DNA from: Mobula hypostoma
Taxonomy: Eukaryota
Direction: 5' to 3'
Assembly: GCF_963921235.1 (NCBI RefSeq)
Contig: NC_086098.1
Location: 109,678,001 to 109,742,000, forward strand
DNA: 64,000 bases
This document shows, piece after piece, positions 36,590-48,748 of this stretch. Within the stretch, counting starts at the first letter, position 1, and the number at the start of each line of letters is the position of its first letter. The notes below the pieces were generated by a model that made no database searches, was not told where the DNA came from, and worked only from the letters and a program-made list of their open reading frames with translations. The translations under genes were made by a program, and so were the position numbers.

Positions 36590-37350
36590 TCCTGTCAAAT
36601 CTGTACTCTTGGTCTTCAGGCATCCTTTTTCTCAATTAACCAGAAGCTCATGCTGGTAATGTTGAAGATCTTGACTGAACAAAGGCTCCCAAGATAAAGG
36701 AAATGCTTCACATTTTCCAGCGTCTCACTATGAACCTTTATCATCAGCAAGCAGCGTCGGGTAACAAAGGTAAATTGGTGGAAGATTTTTGCTTTGCATT
36801 GAGGGCAAGGCTCATCCTCTAGTTTGCTTCAGTAGCTTTGAGCTTAACCCGTGCCTCACCTTTTGGGTTTAGGTTCACTAGGCTCTAACTAGCATGGACC
36901 ATTTCCCATTAGTTCTGCAGATTAGCTGATCCTACAGGAAGTTTGTTCAAGGTAAGATATAGCACTACGTTGATAAAGATTGAAAACAAGCAATATTTTG
37001 GACATTGATCTTCATTAGGATCATGGCATTTGGAAGCAAATGTAAAATGGGAATAAATCTCTGTGGGCTGCCAAACTTGAGGAGAGTTCTCCAAATGTTC
37101 CTCCCAGGTGATGTTGAAGAAGCAACAGAGAGTGGCTGGTGCTGTTCTCTATAATTTTCTAGGAGCGGTCATGAAGTAAGACCATATCAATAGTTCTTCT
37201 AAATGGATGGAATCGAAACAGCAAATTGTAGAAAATCTGTTCAGGTATTGAGAGGAAGCTGTTCAGAAAGACCCTGTGATGATGACTTTCCCCATGGCAG
37301 ACATTAGAGATCCCTCTGTAGCTGCCAGAAATGGAGTTTTCATTCTTGAT
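36590..37350 (-). mobile_element. Ancient RTE-like LINE remnant
   Basis: Weak resemblance to the RTE RT C-terminal region on the minus strand. Confidence 0.35.
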
Positions 37351-37725
37351 AACGGTCACTATTACTGTACCTCTGAGATGACCTAGTATATCTTTCTCTT
37401 AACATGGAGTAACTATGGCTCACCAACAATCACACAACATCCAAGACCCTGCTACAATGAGATCCAAAAGAGGATGTGAATGTATCAAGAACAAAGAAGT
37501 CAATACTGCAAGAAGGAGCACTTTGAGACCTCCTTATAACTTTGTCTTGCCATAATAACATCTTAATATGAGATTTGCTTTCATTACAGTCAGTGCAGAC
37601 AAGTTCTCTGGGCTGATGAAGGAGTTGACATATGAAGAAAGATTAAGCTGGCAGGGTCTATAGTCTTTGAAGTTTAGAAAAATGAGAAGGGAGGGGATCT
37701 TGTTGAAACATAATATTTTGAGGGA

Positions 37726-38155
37726 GATTGAAAGGGGCGATGAGGGGAAGTTTCCACTAATAGGGGGATCAGAACGAGGGGTTGCAGATTGAAAGGGGCG
37801 ATGAGGAGAAGTTTCTCCTAATGGAGGGATCTGAACGAGAGGTTGCAGATTGAAAGAGACGATGAGAAGTTTCTCCTAATGGAGGGATCTGAATGAGGGG
37901 TTACAGATTGAAAGAGGCGATGAGGGGAGTTTCCCCGAATGGGGGATCTGAATGAGGGGTTACAGGTTGAAAGGGGCAATGAGGAGAAGATTCTCCTAAT
38001 GGAGGGATCTGAATGAGGGGTTACAGATTGAAAGGGGCGATGAGGGGAGTTTCCCCGAATGGGGGATCTGAACAAAGGGTTACAGGTTGAAAGGGGTGAT
38101 GAGGGGAGTTTCCCCTAATTGGGGGGGGGGAAATCTGAACAAGGGATTGCAGATT
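37726..38155 (+). repeat. Minisatellite, about 59-bp unit, about 7 copies, inside a CR1 3' fragment (about 37600-38410)
   Basis: Unit approximately gattgaaaggggcgatgaggggagtttccccgaatgggggatctgaatgaggggttaca. Confidence 0.9.
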
Positions 38156-38769
38156 CAGAACAAGGCATAGCCCAGTTAAGACAAAGATGAAGAGAAATTT
38201 CTCTCAGAGAAGTATGAATCTTTGGAATTCTCTAACCTGGTGAGTAGTGGAGATGGAGTCATGTTCAAGGCATTAACTGACAAACATTTAAACTACAGAG
38301 GTGTCAAAGGGTAGGGGAGAGAGCGGGAATGTGTTTTGAGGCTAAGATTAGAGCAGTCATAATCTAATTGAACGGCAGAGGAAAGAGGTCAATTGTCCTA
38401 CTGCTGCTCCTACAGCTTTAATATTCCTTGTTTCAAAAGGAGAAACCAACAGCGTATAAACTTTGTCTCAAGTCCCTGTGAGTTCATTTAATTTTAGCTA
38501 CAAACTCTACAATTGGATCCAAATTTCCATAGTCGAGAATATTTTTATTTGGGGAGGGGAAGTTGTCATTCGCACCCTGCTTAAAAGTAGATGGGAGTGT
38601 GAATCCATATCATATCTACCGTCATGATCAGTCAAATCGAACCACACCATACCCTGGCTCAGGCATAAACAAAGGTAGCTCGAGAGAAAAGGATTCAGTG
38701 ACTGGAAAGCAGTTTATAGAATGAGAGGGAAAAATGCTTCAGCGAGACAGACACAAAGTCACAAAATGT

Positions 38770-39300
38770 ACTCATGTGACAACGATGAAGAAGTGAGCTA
38801 GTGTATTAAATGCGTAACTGTCCCGCATGGATTCCACACAGCCGGTCAGCCGGGCGGTTGCTTTCTTCGTACCTTCATCGGGCGAGGTTCCGTTCTCCAG
38901 AGCTCCTTCCTCGCCACCGCACTCGGCGTCTCCTCCGTAGGCGAACTCGAGTCCGATGGAGCCGCATTCGCTGTCCTCCGCCTCCCCGGCACACTCGCTC
39001 ATCTTACCGCAGCTCTGGCAGCAGCGGCTCGATCAGCAGACTGCCTCAACGGTTTTCACCGTCACCTGATAGTGAGAAACCATGACGAACTTTCAACTCG
39101 CCCCCAGAAAACATCCGGTGACAGACGAGGAGACGGAGAGTAACTTCAGAGCGGATAATTGCGGGCGCGCTGATAGCTTGTAGTGCGGCTACTAGATTTA
39201 AAATCCAGTCTTTTACACTGCTTGGAGTAACTACTTTGCAATTCATTCCATGTTAAAGGCGAATTGCACAACTTCAGAGAACACCGACACGCTTTTTCCC
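38770..39300 (-). promoter_or_regulatory. RRAGD CpG-island promoter with MiT/TFE-type E-boxes
   Basis: CpG-dense; GTCACCTGAT 39061-39070 (CLEAR-like) and TCATGTGAC 38772-38780 (M-box). Confidence 0.7.
38873..39002 (-). CDS. RRAGD: RRAGD exon 1: acidic N-terminus MSECAGEAEDSECGSIGLEFAYGGDAECGGEEGALENGTSPDE
   Basis: ATG in CpG island; 130 nt, phase-1 donor GAAG|gtacga joins exon 2 in frame (G+TT=Val); the seven exons sum to 1185 nt = 394 aa plus stop. Confidence 0.85.
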
Positions 39301-40248
39301 ACAAACTTTTCTTTGTGCTGATGAACGTGCGCTATCTTTTGCATTATTGATATTGCTGTTGTTTGGGGTTTTTGAGTGACTGGGGCTAGTTTTGTTTTAT
39401 TTTTGTGCTGTTGAGGTGAGCGACGCTGACCTATAATGTACTTATTTTTAGGACGGTTAAGTAGATAAGAAAATAGGGGCAGGCGGAGGCCATTCTGCCC
39501 TTCAAGTTTGCCCCGTCTTCAAATATGATCGCGGCTGATGAAGTTAGTTTGTTGACATACACCAGGGTGCAATGAAATCCTCGATCGCATGAAACACACA
39601 GAGTAAACTAACGATGGCAATAATAAATGAGTGGTGCAAAGATTGTAGCACAACCCGAAGTAGTGCAAAAAGAAACGCTGAAGTAACGTTAGCGAAATAA
39701 ATAAGCAAGGTAAAGTTAAGACTACAGGAACGTGGTACGGGGTGTGAAGGAGCTGGCTGGTTCAGACCCCAGGCCTTCTGTCCTGTGCCATGACTCCATA
39801 GCCTTCAACTCCCAGATCTTTCCAAAAAAAAAACTTTTTTACATATCCCCAATAATCGGCCTCTACACACCTCTGGGATGGACAATTCCAGATCTTCACC
39901 GTCCTGTGCTACTGTTACACGCCAGTTCACATATTGCTACTGTTACAGGAACTAACTAATAGAGTATTATTTCCTGGTGCATTTAGGCTTTTTGAGAATT
40001 GGTTGCTGCCTTTCTGACCTCAGAGTTGCTAAATGCTCAGGCAATACCCAGGCTGAAGCTGACAGGTGGGGTGATGTATTCACACCACAAAATCTCCTTT
40101 CAGTCATGGGGAAAGATGCTACTCTCAAAATGTTGCAGACCCCACAATGATATTGGGTATAAAAAATCCAGGACTTTTGTCTTGGTTATGAAATAAATGA
40201 TTATTGGATGTTATTCTTCTCAGAGCTATGAATGCTGAGAGGAGAATT

Positions 40249-40595
40249 GTAGAGATCTGATTTAGTGTAGAGTATTCATTGTAGTGATGTAGATCTGATT
40301 TAGTGTAGAGTATTCATTGTAGTGATGTAGATCTGATTTAGAGTAGAGTATTCATTGTAGTGATGTAGATCTGATTTAGAGTACAGTATTCATTGTAGTG
40401 ATGTAGATCTGATTTAGAGTACAGTATTCATTGTAGTGATGTAGATCTTATTTAGAGTACAGTATTCATTGTGATGTAGATCTGATTTAGAGTACAGTAT
40501 TCATTGTAGTGATGTAGATCTGATTTAGAGTACAGTATTCATTGTCGTTATGTAGATCTGATTTAGAGTACAGTATTCATTGTGGTTATGTAGAG
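40249..40595 (+). repeat. Minisatellite, 38-bp unit, about 9 near-identical copies
   Basis: Unit gtagatctgatttagagtacagtattcattgtagtgat. Confidence 0.95.
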
Positions 40596-41121
40596 ATACA
40601 GTGCAGTACAGGCCCTTCCGGTCCAACGAGCCACACCATCCAGCAACCCAGCTACTAAGCAGTAGCCCAATCACAGGATCATTTACAATGACCAATTAAC
40701 CTACTAACTTTGGACAGTCTTTAGACTGTGGGAGAAAACCCAGAAAGTTACGGGGAGAATGTGCACATTCTTTACAGACAGTGCCAGAGTAAACCTGAGC
40801 TGAGTAAATGGAGATGAACTGTAGATGGTTCAAGAACAAGAGGACACAGAATTAAAACTTGGGGCAAAAATATAAAGGGGATGTAAAGAACTGTTTTACA
40901 TTCAAAGAGCTATTATAATCTGTCATTCACTATCTAGGTGGGTGATGGAAAGGGAATCGATCAGTGCCTTCATATGCATGTTCAAAGGCTGGGCTCCAAG
41001 CCAACATGAATGCTTTCACCAAACCATGCAAGGGCCTAACACTCGACACACATGAGACAAACATCCTCCATAAACCAACCATTGCTGCTCTCCAACAACA
41101 CAGGTTCATAGTGAGATCCGG

Positions 41122-42512
41122 AGTGCCAGTGCCGAAGCATTCCACTGCCACGGGCCTGAATGACTTCCGCCCAGTTGCACTCACCCCCATCATTGCAAAG
41201 TGCTTTGAGAGACTGGTTCTATCACATCTGAAATCCTGTCTGCCCTCTACTCTGGACCCCCATCAATTTGCCTATCGCACCAACAGGTCAACGGAGGATG
41301 CCATCTCCACGGCACTTCACTCTGCCCTGACCCACTCGGACAGCCCCAACTCTTACATCAGAATGCTGTTCATTGACTTTAGTTCGGAGTTCAATACTGT
41401 GATCCCCTCTAAGCTGATCACCAAACTTCGCCAGCTTGGTATCAGCTCATCCCTCTGCAATTGAACCTTGGACTTTCTGACTAACAGACCCCAATCAGTT
41501 ACGTTAGACAACCTCTCCTCCTCCACTCTCACCCTGAACAGCAGCATGCCTCAAGGCTGTGTGCTGAGCCCTCTTCTGTACTCCCTTTTCACCTATGACT
41601 GCATTCCTGTACACGGTCCTAACTCCATAATCAAGTTCGCAGACAACACCACGGTGGTTGGCCTGATCAGAGAGGATGACAAGACGGCCTACAGGGACGA
41701 GGTCCAGCACCTGGCCGCATGGTGTGCTGACAACAATCTGGCCCTTAACACCCAGAAGACCAAGGAGATCATTGTGGACGTCAGGCATGCTAGGAGCCAC
41801 ACTCATGTCCCCATCTACATCAATGGAGCCGTAGTGGAGCGTGTATCAAGCTTCAAGTTCCTTGGTGTCCACATTTCTGAGGATCTCACTTGGTCCCTGA
41901 TCTCCTCCCTTCTGATCAAAAAGGTGCAACAGCGCCTTTATTTCCTGCGGAGCATGAAGAAAGCTCACTTCTGTCCCAGGATACTGACGGACTTTTACCG
42001 CTGTACCATTGAGAGCATACTCACCAACTGCATCTCAGTGTGGTATGGCAATTGTCCCGTATCGGACCGCAAAGCACTCCAGCATGTGGTGAAAACTCTC
42101 CAGCGGATCATCGGCACCCAATTGCCCACCATTGAGAACATCTACCATAAGTGCTGCCTGGGCAGGGCGAAAAGCATTATCAAGGATGCATCTCACCCTA
42201 ACCATGGACTTTTTACTCTCCTCCCATCCGGTAGGCACTACAGGAGCCTCCACTCCCACACCACCAGGCACAGGAAGAGCTTCTTCCCTGAGGCTGTGAT
42301 CCTGCTGAACCTCACATCACAGCGCTAAGCAGTATTGCACCCATATTGTACTGGCTCAGTACTTTTATATTTGTGTGCTGTAGCACTTACTTTTTATTCG
42401 TAGTTATTTTGTAAATAACACTATTCTTTGCATTTCTGGTCAGATGCTAACTGCATTTCATCGGCTTTGTATCTGTACTTGGCACAATGACAATAAAGTT
42501 GAATCTAATCTA
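41122..42512 (+). mobile_element. Rex1/Babar LINE, young, 5'-truncated (RT frame broken by one stop at about 41462)
   Basis: [66 protein letters not shown]; (aatct)n tail. Confidence 0.93.
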
Positions 42513-42559
42513 ATAACTCAGAAGCCATCTCTCAGCAAAGGCAGGCTCAATGAACTGCC

Positions 42560-43230
42560 TCAATACACAAACACAGCCTTTTGCTGATTAAGGAAAAGAT
42601 TTGGAAATCAAGACCACAAACCTGGGTAGACCTCCTGGCCCACTGGGCAGCAGTGACCCCCCCCCCCAGATGTTACTGGGACTTGGTCTACATACAACAG
42701 GTATATTAAGTCACTGGAAATGATCACCAATTATGTATCCACAAAAATTTTTCAAGAATAAGTGAACCGATATTGGTGTCCTCTCCCAGCCCAAATCCCC
42801 AGCACTGAGACCATAGTTATGATTAGTGGGCTAGGTTTGGCTGGCCACATTTACTATATGCCCAAAATCAGATTCTTGAAATGGACATTCCATTTTGAAC
42901 GCAGTATTGAGAAGCAATTACCAAGTGGGTAGAGGGAAAGATTCAAGAGTGTGTGTCAAGTCTCCTCATAAAAATTGGGAACATCCCCACTGACTCTTCA
43001 TAATCTCTGACCTGTAGCCACTCAAAATGATGACGGGTAATACCGAAAATCTCAAGGACGTGCACGAAGGACACACAGAGGTGATGCACACTACCTCACC
43101 AACTACCCACCCACCCACCATGTTGGTCATCATCCACGCCAGTTCACATATATTGGTCCCATTACCCACCAATGAAGCCACGAAAACAGAGAGGAAGCAA
43201 GTCATGCTCGATTGCATGGGATTGCTTAAG
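42560..43230 (+). mobile_element. Ancient RTE-like LINE 3' remnant
   Basis: ggctggccacatt and agagggaaagattcaag resemble the WAGH..RKRFK region of RTE; heavily decayed. Confidence 0.4.
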
Positions 43231-44779
43231 AAAGATTTATCACACTATGGGGAAAGAGCAGTAGAATGGTGATTTCTCCATTAGAAACCAGTATGCCTCC
43301 CATGGGCACCATAGCCTCCTTCTGGGATGTGAGGATACTGTTAAATAGAAATTACAGTACACCCTGAAGTCTATGCTGGAATAGCATAAATATGGTGGAA
43401 AATTGACTGTTTCAGATTCCAACCACTCAATTAGAATTATTTCCAATCTGGGCATGAAGGCAAGGCAAGACATTTGTCTCTGTACTCCCTCAGTGTACTT
43501 ATGTATGGAATGATCTGTCAGGATGCCTGCAAGTAAAACTTTTCTTGTATCACAATACATCTGACAATGAAAAAACAGTTACGAAGCTTTAGTCACAAGT
43601 CCTGAGAAGCATGATACTTATATTTGTTTGACTGAAAGTGTCCCCTCATCATCATCTTCACCAACTCACCCCCACCCTCTGGTCGTATATTCCTGAGGTA
43701 AAATGGGCAAACTAATCTACCACTCAACTGGGTGGGTGAGGTAGTGTTGGTGTGTGAGTCCTTGGGCTACCTGCTTACTGGATTTAGTGACCCTCAGTCT
43801 CACCTTCCTGCATTTGGGGGCAGAAAGGAGTGCAGAGGCAGTTCTGTTGTTGGACAAAGGAGAAGAGATTGGAGGTGGTGCAGGTGTTAGGGGAAGAAAA
43901 GGGAGGAGACGGCAAAAGACACTTCAAGCAAAGGGGCTGGTATAGAGGGAAGGGATCAGATTGCTATCTTGGAATGAGGTTTGGCAGTCAGGCTGGATTT
44001 TGGGAGGCTGTTTGGGAAGGGAAGGTGAATGCAGATGCCTATTTTGACAGGAGAATATTCAAAGTACATTTATTATCTAAGTATGTATGCAGTATACAAC
44101 CCTGAGATTTGTCTTCCCACAGATAGGCATGAAACAAAGAAAACCATGAAACCTGTTCCCTGTTCAAAGAAAGGCACCCAAATCCCCAATGCACAAATAA
44201 AAGAACAAATCACGTAAACAGCAAAAAAAAAGCATAAAACACCAAACTACAAAGTTATCGAAAGAGTCCAGGCATATTCAGTCCAGCTCAATTCAGCTTA
44301 ACCTAGCACTGTGTCTCCATTATTCCGCAGGCCACAGAACCAGTTTGCCCCGAGCAAAATCTTACAGAGAAAGGAGTGGCCAGAAACCAGAAACACATCA
44401 TAACGTGAACTAGCGTCCAATCCACAAACTGCATCGATTAAACCTTGCCCAGGACTCCAGCAGCATCAAGCAAGAGGGAGAGAGAGAACCGTTGATCCAG
44501 ATAAAGAGTGGGAATAGTGGCACTACAGATGGGAGATAGGATTGGAAATTACTGGGTCACGGTTGACCACAGCTTGGGGGTTCAGGGATGGGCTAAAGAA
44601 ACTAGAGTGATAGTGTTTTTCAGACTGTCATTTTAGTACCAGGGATAGGTGGTCCGAAGAATTTAGTGAATGCTGTACCCACCATATTCTCCTGAGAGTG
44701 CCAAGTGACAGGCAACCTTGGAAAATGTGGTCCTAGTGCCCCAAAATGGCATTGTTTGATGTCATTTTTGTCACAGAAT

Positions 44780-45400
44780 TAGAGTCAGGTTTATTATCTC
44801 TGTTTTATATTACTTAAAATGTGTTGTCCTGCAACAGCATTGCAGTTTAAAATATAAAATTATGATAAATTACAAAATGAATAAATAGTGCAAATAATGA
44901 ATAAGAAAGTAATGTTAATTGGTTCATCAAAACTCTGATGGTGGAGGAAAAGAAGCTGTTCCTAAATCATTGAGTATAGGTCTTCAGGCTCCTGTAACTT
45001 TTCCGGGATGGCAGTAATAAAAAGAGATCATGTCCCAGATGGTGAAGATCTTAGTAATGGATGCTGACTTCTTGCAGCACTCTCTCTTAAAGATGTCCTC
45101 GATGGTTGGTGAGGCTTGTACCTGTAGTGGAGCTGGCTGAGTTTACACCCCCTGTAGCCTCTTGCAATCCAGTGCATTGGAGCCTCCATAGCCGCTGTGA
45201 TGCAACCGATCAGAATGTTCTCTCTCGTACATCCGTAATATTTTGCAAGTGTATTTAGCAACATACCAAATCTCCTCAAACTCTGAAAAAAATTAGAGCC
45301 AATGGTATGGGATAGATCCTCCAAGAGGCTGACACCCAGGAATTTAAAGCTGCTCACCATTTCCATTGCTGACCCCTGAATGAGGACAGGTGTGTGTTCT
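44780..45400 (-). mobile_element. Rex1/Babar 3' fragment
   Basis: EMVSSFKFLGV.L.EDLS..LRRFGM..Y.CT.ENIL.GCITA. Confidence 0.75.
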
Positions 45401-46949
45401 CTGATACACTCCCTAATACTGAAATCATATTGGGCTTACAAGGGTGACATGAACTCTGAAGTGATCGAGTCCAATTTCATGAGGGGCACGATTTGATCCA
45501 AGTTTGATTTACACTAACTTGCCACCATAATGTAGTGGCTAGGGCAAGTTACAGCTTGGGGGGGGGGGGTTGGAGTTCAGAGTTCAATTAGGAGTTAGTA
45601 CATTCTCCCCGTTACTGTCTGGGTTTTCTCTGGGCGCTGTGGTTTCCTTCCACAGTCTAAAGACGTACCAATTAGAAGGTGAATTGGTCATTGGGAATTA
45701 TTCTGTGATCGAGTTAGGGTTAACTAGGTGCTTTGCTGGGTGGTGTGGCTCATTGGGCGAGAAGGGCCTGTTCCACACTCTATCTCTAAATTAATAGAAC
45801 TAAATAAATCAATCTTCAGTCACAGAGATCTGAAAAGAAAGCACCATGGGAAAGAATTCCTAAGCACATGTGTGATGGTATTTTCATCATGACCTCATTG
45901 CTTGGGTACGTCTTGAAAATTATGAAGACTATATATGGCCTAAACACCCAAGAACTTATTAATGGTAGAGAGAGAGGCAGTGTACACTGAAAATACTTCA
46001 GAACCCTGCAACCGAAACTCTGTCTTTATTGTCAATAAACTGGTTTTCATCCCAAAGCCAACTATCTGCAATGCTTTTAATGGTGTCCTGGACCAGCAGG
46101 AGTTTAAAATCTAGCCAAAATTGGACAGAATTCCCACTGAAGTATTAAAACATATCAGGAAAATATTTCTCCAAGGAATTCATGATTTTGTTTCACTCAT
46201 CTGGGAAATGAAGAAAATGCCAGGAATTTCCAATCACTTTAGTTGTGGCCACCTTTAAAACAAAGGATACATTTGATCACAAGATATGCAGTGGGATCTC
46301 TCTGCATGATTCAGCCTTATAGAGAGGAGGCAATGATATTACTTTTTCCTAGTTGAATGCAAATGTACAGCATAATCACAGTCAAAACCCTTATTTTCCA
46401 GGATTACTTTTGCTCTGCCCAATTTACTAGTACCATACCACCAATTTTCATGTCAGTTGTGAAATTCCTAATCATCCTCCTATACTCCTATATGCATATT
46501 GTTTATATGCATATCAGACAACAATGGTCCCAGCACCAATCCTTGTGGTACTCAAGTGGTTACAGATTAACATTTGCAAAAAGCAATCCTTTGTCAGTCA
46601 CTCTCTGCCTCCTATCACTGAGCTAATTCAAGATCCAATTTGCCAAATAGATCTAGCTCCCATACAATCTTAACTTTTCGGTCAGTTTCTCTTGCAGGTT
46701 GTCCCCAAAGATCTGACTGAAGTGACATGCAGTAGAACTAATTCTACAGCTCTGCCTTCATTTACACACATAAATCAACTCCTTGAATAAGTCAGTTGTT
46801 AGTCAGAGGCAACCTCTCCTTAACAAAGCCATGCTGATTATTTCTAATCAATCTGGCCTCACCAGCTGCAGATTAACCCTCAATTTTTCTTCCAATACTT
46901 ACTTCTGATATTAGACCAACCAGCCTATAATTCCTTATTCACCCTCCTT

Positions 46950-47345
46950 CTTGCTTGCTGCCCGATACACTGCTGGAGTTTAGGGTGGAAAAGAAGGTCC
47001 TCCATCTCTGGTGGGTTCAGGTCTTCTTTCATCGTGTCAGTGGCTTCCTGTCAGTTTTCACTACTGTCAGTTATACAAGACCCAGGTGGAGATTCAGGAA
47101 CACCGTCTCACTCAGATGTACAAGGATTCTTCACTACTGTTTCCATAACAGTTTTGTTTTACCAGTCAGGGTTGTTAGCCCTGAGCTGAACCCCCAAACC
47201 TGGAGGACATGTGGACTACTCTTAGTCTGGCCTCTACCCTTTGACCCAACCAAGAGCCAAAGCATAAAGCCCCGACTCCAGCCAACATAGCTTTCCGGGT
47301 CATTGGGGCGCAAGCCTTCAAACACGACAGGATTGTGGCCCTCTT
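46950..47345 (-). mobile_element. Probable RTE-related short element
   Basis: gggttgttagccctgagctgaacccccaaacctggaggac, recalled from RTE 5' regions; (aagc)n-like tail on minus strand. Confidence 0.45.
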
Positions 47346-47539
47346 GGAGATCACTTTCCTTCAGACATATAAAATTTTCTTTCCTTTTTTGTTCCCTGTG
47401 ATTTTTTTTCTGAGAAAGGGACATGGTCGTGCAGTGTCTGCATGTGTCCGTCATGGGTTATTCTGGATAAGTGGTACTGTGTGCATATGCCTCTGTTCCC
47501 CAGGAGTTGCTCTAGGACGTGCACTGTGATGCAATGCAA

Positions 47540-48747
47540 ACACAAAATAATCTGCAGATGCTGGGGTCAAAGCAACACTCACAACACGCTGGAGGAACTC
47601 AGCAGGTCGGGCAGCATCCGTGGAAACAATCACTCAACATTTCGGTCCGGAACCCTTCGTCAGGACTGTAGAGGGAAGGGGCAGAGGCCTTATAAAGAAG
47701 GTGGGGGGAGGGTGGGAAGGAGAAGGCTGGTAGGTTCCAGGTGAAAAACCGGTAAGGGGAAAGATAAAGGGGTGGGGGAGGGGGAAGCAGGGAGGGGATA
47801 GGTAGGAAAGGTGAAAAAGGAATAGGGTAAAACAATGGGTAGTAGAAGGAGGCGGAACCATGAGGGAGGTGATAGGCAGCTGGGGGAGGGGGCAGAGTGA
47901 AACTGGGATGGGGGAAGGAATTACCGGAAGTTGGAGAATTCTGTGCTCATACCAAGGGGCTGGAGACTACCTAGACGGTATATGAAGTGTTGCTCCTCCA
48001 ACCTGAGTTTAGCCTCATCATGGCAGTAGAGGAGGCCATGTATGGACATATCTGAATGGGAATGGGAAGCAGAGTTGAAGTGGGTGGCTACTGGGAGATC
48101 CTGTCTGTTGTGGCAGACAGAGTGGAGGTGCTCGATGAAGCGGTCCCCCAATCTGCGTCAGGTTTCACCGATGTAGAGGAGGCCGCACCAGGAGCACCGG
48201 ATGCAATAGATGACCCCAACAGACTCTCAAGTGAAGTGTTGTCTCACCTGGAAGGACTGTTTGGGGCCCTGAATGGTGGCAAGAGAGGAAGTGTAGGGAC
48301 AGGTGTAGCACTTACACTTACAGGGATAAGTGCTAGGTGGGAGATCTGTGGGGAGGGACGTGTGGATCAGGGAGTCGCGGAGGGACCAATCCCTGCAGAA
48401 GGCGGAGAGGGGTGGAGGGGAAAAGATGTGCTTAGTGGTGGGGTCCTGTTGAAGGTGGCAGAAGTTGCGGAGGATAATGTGCTGGATCCGGAGGCTGGTG
48501 GGGTGGTAGGTGAGGACAAGGGAACTCTGTCCCTGTTGTGGTGGTGGGAGGATGGGGTGAGAGCCAAAGTGCGGGAAATGGAGGAGATGCAGGTGAAGGC
48601 ATCATTGGTGACAGCAGAAGGGAAACCACAATCCTTAAAGAAAGAGGACATTTGGGATGTCCTAGAACGGGAAGCCTCATCCTGGGAGCAGATGCGGCGG
48701 AGAGGGAGGAACGAGGAATAGGGAATGGCATTTTTGCGTGTGGCTGG
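47540..48747 (-). mobile_element. Penelope-like element, left arm of a 2.3-kb palindrome
   Basis: GDRFIEHL.SV.HNRQDLPVATHFNS...LEEQH.IYRLGSLQPLGM (GIY-YIG C-terminus); hammerhead at about 47630-47669. Confidence 0.92.
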
Positions 48748-48748
48748 G

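Noticed and set aside
5229-39002. Calling the gene RRAGC
   Set aside because: Diagnostic residues (GQID, IFVIDSQ, ALARLHL, EKIHL, MQTYEL, IDISC) and adjacency to UBE2J1 favour RRAGD.
40249-40595. CRISPR-like array
   Set aside because: Units are contiguous with no unique spacers; eukaryotic context; no cas genes.
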